Shown: piece after piece, positions 58,660 through 64,000 of the stretch | Numbering within the stretch: the first letter of the stretch is position 1 | Layout of the letters: each line of letters begins with the position of its first letter | Source of the DNA: Guillardia theta CCMP2712 | Lineage: Eukaryota > Protista > Cryptophyta | DNA length: 64,000 nucleotides | Direction of reading: 5' to 3' | Assembly: GCF_000315625.1 (NCBI RefSeq) | Contig: NW_005434657.1 | Location: forward strand, 575,407-639,406 | Position numbers and translations under genes: made by a program | The notes under the pieces: model-generated | What the model was told of the DNA's origin: nothing | What the model saw: only the letters and a program-made list of their open reading frames with translations | Databases searched by the model: none

Positions 58660-61600
58660 ATCCGACTCTGTCCGTCAGTGATGTCTGCAAGGAGTTGCGA
58701 TAGTCAGCGAAAGTTCTCGTGGAGACGACTTTCTCCTTCCAGGGATGGACACCTGCTGATCGTCAGGAGCGGCAGCAGCAGGAGAAGGAGCAGGAGGAAA
58801 GAGTAGGGAGTTGAAGGGCGACGGGAGGAGGAGGGAGAAGAGGTGGAGTACCTTGATCTGTGAGGACTAGCGAGTCGTGACGAGAATTTGAAGAACTCGC
58901 AAGCATACGAATGTTTCCTGAGTCTCTTCTGACAACAGTAGGGGCAGCCGCAGGAGCTGCAGCAGGGAATTCTTTCTGCTCCTCCTCACCCTCGATCTTC
59001 AGATACCCGATGGAAGCTTTGATCCTGGCGGAGAAAGGAGATCTCCGCTCTAACAACCTCTCCTGCATTCCTATCAGTCCTCCTACACCACCACCATTTC
59101 CTCCTCCTCAACCACTGCCTCCTCCTCCTCAACCACTGCCTCCTCGTCCTCGTCTTCGTCCTCGTCCTCCTCGTCCCACTCATCTCTCTCCTCTCGCATC
59201 CTCTTCCTCCGCTTTCTCAGCATCACCACCTCTGCTTCACCTCTGTTCGCTTCATCGACGGTTTGCGCAGGACAGGCTGAAGTGCTGCGAGGTCCGAGGG
59301 ATGGGCAGGGGAGGTAGACAGGACGGGAACAGAAGCAGGGGGAGCAGAAGAGGCTGGGATCGAAGAGGAGGAGGAGGGCAGGCGGAAGGTGGAGGCAGCG
59401 ACTGCGGATAAGGGAGGAATGAAGGATGCGGAGGAGGGAGGCAGGGCGTAGGCCGGCATCGACTGTCTCCTGGTCTGCAACGAGGCTCCTATCGACTTGT
59501 TCGATCCTCCTGCTTCCTTGTTGCTCTGAGACTCAGACTCGCCGGCAGAGGATGAAGGAGGAGGATCAAGTTTGGCAGTGGTAGGAGGAGGAGGAGGAGG
59601 AGGATCAAGTTTGGCAGTGGTAGGAGGAGGAGGATGATGAAGCCTGCTCTCCCTCAGCTCGACCATAGCCCCGCTGATCTCCTTCAGACTCTCCGCAACC
59701 TGGAGGCAAGTCAGCTCGATGTCAGCTGGACCTTTCTCACCTTATGCATCATCCTCTCCATCCCCTTCATCCACTCTTGATCCAATTTCAATCCTCCTCC
59801 TCCTGCTCCTCCTCCTCCTCCTCCTCCTGCTCCTCCTCCTGCTCCTGCTCCTCCGCCTGCATTCTTCAGGCTCGAGCGCGAAGCAGCGGACTCGAGGTTG
59901 TCCATGGAAATGATGAGGAGCTTGAGGATGAGAAGGATGACGCGAATCCTGTATGAGGCGATGAGACACGAACAGAACCTGCGAAGAGGAGGAGGAGGAG
60001 GAGGAGGAGGGAGGAGGAACAAGAAAGAAGCAGAGGAGATCGGACTGAAGGGGTGTGAAGTTCTTACTGCTTGCTGTCTGCTTCTGTCATTGCGTTTGAC
60101 ATCTCACGCATGGCATACCTCTTGAGCTCGATAAACATCCTGAAGATTCATAACTTCTTCTTCTCCTCCTCCTCCTCCTCCCTAACCACCACCTCCTCCT
60201 CCTCTCACATGGATTGGAACTGATTTGAGTCAAATTCTCCATTCTCGTGGCACAAAAGTCCGTCACACGTGAGCCTGTCAATGGATCAACAAGAAACAAA
60301 TCTCCTTCTCCTCCTCCCCCCTCCTTCCCTCCCCTTCCTCCTCCCTGCTCTTCTCTCCTTCAGGTCTTCTTCCTCCATCTCCCTCCCTCTCCTCCCTGCT
60401 TCCCCGCTCTAGCATCTCACGTTTGGAAATCGTTCTCAGTGAGATGGATGGGAGAGGACAGCGGCAGCTTCCTCCTTTTCTCTCGATCAGTCCCGTCAGT
60501 CTCTTCCTCTCCTCGTCTCACAGCCCGTTCTTCAACTCGCTGAAATCCAGACCCCCGCCCTTGTCCGCGTCCAGTCGCTGCGAGACAAGCAAAGATGAGG
60601 AAGACACGGGGAGAGGGAGAGAGGAAGAGAAGCGAGACATAGAGGAGACGAGGTGATGATGAAGAGTCGAAGAGAGAGGGAGCGATGGATGGAGGGATGG
60701 AGAGCAGAAAGACGATATGACCGAGTAGACATCTGAAACTTTTGCGTTGAAGTCATTCATGTCGTTGAAGGAAGCCATCGAAGATAAGAGAGGATCGAGG
60801 ACTCCTGCACCACATTCATTCTTCTCCTCCTCCAGGTGCTGCTGCTGCTGTCCCTTCTCTTCCTCCCTTTCATTTCTCTTCCTCCTCATACTTCTCCTCC
60901 TCATCTCTGGCAAACTTCACATCCCCTTTTGCACTCTCTCACCGTTGATCCTCGCTGCCTTGGCTTGACGCTCCTGCTCTTCTTGGATCCTCTTCCTGTT
61001 CTCCTCTTTCTCTCTTGTCACCTGCATCCCGTCACCTCCTCCTCCTCCTCCTCACCAAGTCTCACGGTGGAGATGAACTCGTCGAGTAGGACCTGAGACC
61101 CTGAGAGTCAGATGTGCGAGAGAAGGGGAGAGAGGAAGGGAGGGAGGGGAGGGGAGGGGGAGGGGAGGGGAGGGGAGGGGAGGGGAGGGGACGAGTGGGA
61201 GGGAGGGTGGAGGGAGGGAGAGGAGGGAGGGAGGGAGGGGAGGGGAGGGGNNNNNNNNNNNNNNNNNNNNNNNNNNNNNNNNNNNNNNNNNNNNNNNNNN
61301 NNNNNNNNNNNNNNNNNNNNNNNNNNNNNNNNNNNNNNNNNNNNNNNNNNGAGGGACATGGGAGGGAGGGAGGGAGGGAGGGAGGGACATGGGAGGGAGG
61401 GAGATAATCAGGAGCAGCTGTTTGTGTACAGCAATCACGATGTTGACTAGCACGACCTGCCGGTGAATCAGAGAGGATCCGAGAAGGAGGAGGGAGTGAG
61501 GAGGGAGGAAGAGAGAGGGAGGAGGAAATTTACCCCAGCGATGAGCACGTAGGAGATGAAGAAGAAGGCGACCTGAAGCGAACAATAATTCAACATGCTG

Positions 61601-63575
61601 CTTGCCCTGCTTCCTTCTTTCACCCCTTCCTCTCCTCCTTCTCCTCACCAATCTGTCAATCTTCCCGTCGATGAAGAGCGTTCGAGTCACTGACGATGCC
61701 CAGCTGTCGCCGGTCACGATCTTCAAGCTTGTCAAAGTCACCCTGTCATTGGAGCTTTGGAGCACCTGGAACATGGTGAAGAGGGAGGCGCTGAAGGTGC
61801 CGAAGAACTGCGGCTGTATGTCGCCGAAGAGGTGGGTGGCGAGGACGGCGTAGACGCAGGTGATGAGCAGCTGGATCATGAAGGCGTTGGCCAGTGGGAT
61901 GAGAGCAGCCCCGAGGGCCCCCATGATGCGGTTGAGGTCGTGAAGCCCCTTGAAGATGCGGATGACGCGGAACATGCGGAGGGTGCGGAAGAGGGAGACG
62001 TAGCGGAGGGTCTTGGAGTAGATGACGTAGGAAAGGATGGAGAGGCAGACGATGAAGACCTCGAAGACGTTCCACATGTTGGAGTAGAAGGGCCTGAAGA
62101 AGTCGGAAGAGCGCGAGAACAGATTGACGGCCAGCTCCTGCCGGTGTCAAGTCAGGAGGGAGGAGGAAGAGGGCGAGGGCGAGGAAGTGGTGGTGAAGGA
62201 GAGGAGGAAGAAGAGGAGGAGGAAAATAAGGACAGGGAGAGTGAGGAAGCGAAGGCAGACTGCAATGGCCTTACAAAGGCGAAGAAAAGCTGATCATATA
62301 GGTCAGCACGAGCAGCAGAGGAGGGGAGAGGTACCGTGATGACGAAGTTGAGGGTGGAGAGGATCTGAAATCTGTTGTCCGACTCGTCTGGCTGGAGTTC
62401 AGCCTGCACGCAGTCGATGGAGAAACTGGCGATGATGGAGAAAGCGATGATGGCTTGTACCATCATCGACTCGTAGAGCTGCAGCGTCTTGAACCTGAAC
62501 CAGATGAACTTGTTCCCCCCGTACTCGCTCAGCTCGTGCGCCCTCTTCCTCTTCAGCTGCTCCTCTCGCACCGCGTGCTGCAGCGTCAGGCACCACGACG
62601 TCACCTCCTCCTCCGTCGAGGCGCTGAACACGTAGGACCGCCCGCTGTTTCTCCCCTCGGGCAGAGTTTGAATCACGAAAGAAACCTCGTCCTCCGCTCC
62701 GCTGTCGTCGTCCACCTCCTTGACAAATGCGATCTCATGCAGGGGGATCCAGTCAGCGACGCTGTCTGACGCTCCCAGTCAGCGACGCTGTCTGACGCTC
62801 CCTGCAGGAGTGCGAGGTGCTCGAGGCAGAGCACGAGATGCTGCTCGTGCCAGCTGACCAGCGCTGCCACCTCCTTCTTGAGGAGGCGACCATGCTTGAT
62901 CCACTGCTGGGATGGGGGCAGGACGAACTTCTGCTCGGCATCCTCTGCTGTCACGGTGATGGTCCCCAGGTCCTTGGAGCCCAGATCCTCTACCTCCCCC
63001 ATCAACTTGCACTGCGTCACTCTCTTCTCCACTATCCATTGAATCTCCGTCTCATAGCGCCCAAGGAAGTCGTGCTTTGACAGCTCCTGCACGTTGTCCT
63101 TGTCGATGTCGTAAATTTCGAACAAGATCTGCTGACTCAGCGAGGGGACGTAGTCGACTTCTATCTTCTTCTTGAACCTGCCGACTGCCGTCACTCTCCC
63201 TCCTTCCTTAGCGGTCACATGAGCACCTGGGGTTGAGGTTGTTCTTTATCCTCTCCGTCCTCCCAATCTGCGACAGCGTCGCTCAGTGAGAGTGACTTGC
63301 GGGGATCACGATCACCTCCTTCCAGATCCCTTTCTTGTTCTTCGTGTATACCTTTGTTGTATCACCACCTGCTGCACAAGGAGAGAGAGAGGTTGGAGCT
63401 CACCACACAGGATGGATCCGATTTGGAGAGGAAATCTTTGTTGACCAGGTTGCTGGAGTCTTTGTCATCCTCATCACTCATCAGCCTCCTTCGACTCACT
63501 CGCACTGGATGGTGAGAAGGAGAGCAACCGACCTCCCCGATGACCCTTCCCCATGTTGCTCTCCTCCTCCTCCAT
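58660..63575 (-). CDS. Single-domain (6TM) voltage-gated cation channel with N-terminal C2 and PH domains and C-terminal EF-hand; ends approximate, spans an N gap
   Basis: Copine-like C2 (NKDFLSKSDP..IGRTERIKNNLNP|RFKKKIEVDY..FEIYDID..HDFLG). PH (KHGRLLKK..DWIPLHEI..FSASTEEEVTSWCLTLQ). S3 WNVFEVFIV, S4 RTLRMFRVIRIFK, pore FGTFSASLFTMFQ|IVTGDSWAS, S6 VVLVNIVIAV|LLDEF, EF-hand DADKGGGLDFSEL. Confidence 0.85.
61251..61350. other. Assembly gap (100 N)
   Basis: Run of n inside a polypurine intron. Confidence 1.
62749..62802. repeat. Perfect 26-bp tandem duplication inside the channel gene
   Basis: CCAGTCAGCGACGCTGTCTGACGCTC at 62749-62774 and again at 62775-62800. Confidence 0.95.
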
Positions 63576-63836
63576 TCGTGGCCTCGAGCTCAGACTCGCG
63601 CCTTTCTGCAGCAACGGGAGGCATTTGCCTGCAAACATTCTAGTGACTGTCTTCCTGCACCCTCTGCTTGGCCTCGCGGTGAGAAGGGAGGGAACGTAAA
63701 GGGTGAGGAAATTCAAACGAGACATCTATGATACAAAACTGGACCAGAGACATTGAGTGGGAATGGGGGGAGACAGGTGAGCCATGGCGAAGGATAAAAC
63801 TGATCCTTGGGAAAGAAAGTGGGCAAACGGAAATGA

Positions 63837-64000
63837 ACGGTAGGTAGGTAGGTAGGTAGGGGAAGGAGGGAGGGAGGGAGGGAGGGAAGGGAAGGGAGGG
63901 AGGGAGGGAGGGAGGGAGGGAGGGAGGGAAGGGAGGGAGGGAGGGAGGGAGGGAGGGAGGGAGGGAGGGAGGGAAGGGAGGGAGGGAGGGAAGGGAGGGA
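63837..64000. repeat. (GGTA)n then (GGGA)n polypurine tract
   Basis: Direct tetramer runs to the window end. Confidence 0.95.

Noticed and set aside
63837-64000. Telomeric repeat at the window end
   Set aside because: (GGGA)n matches the polypurine tracts found throughout the window and is not a TTAGGG-type repeat.

Overview
Gene-dense eukaryotic nuclear DNA with short GT-AG introns (about 42-60 nt, often with a CTGAC branch site), many purine/pyrimidine microsatellites and three N gaps. The overall style and the bipartite-looking N-termini suggest an alga with a secondary plastid, possibly a cryptophyte such as Guillardia (inference only). Well-supported genes: RNA polymerase II largest subunit (RPB1) with a 29-heptad CTD, an RlmN-type radical-SAM RNA methyltransferase, cytosolic seryl-tRNA synthetase, an intronless lysophospholipid acyltransferase and a small DnaJ protein. 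Manual splicing also gives four unusual multidomain genes: (1) signal peptide-PAN-like-EGF-C-type lectin(EPN)-EGF-C-type lectin(EPN)-TPR-coiled coil-DnaJ, resembling a glycan-reading P58IPK/DNAJC3; (2) a PERK-architecture kinase (IRE1/PERK-type luminal domain, TM helix, eIF2-alpha kinase, no RNase); (3) a C2-PH-single-domain voltage-gated channel-EF-hand gene containing a 26-bp tandem duplication that a 35-nt intron could rescue; (4) TPR-CBM20-CBM20-long coiled coil. Intergenic DNA has recurring motif classes. I saw no rRNA, tRNA or CRISPR array. All gene models were spliced by hand, so several ends are approximate.
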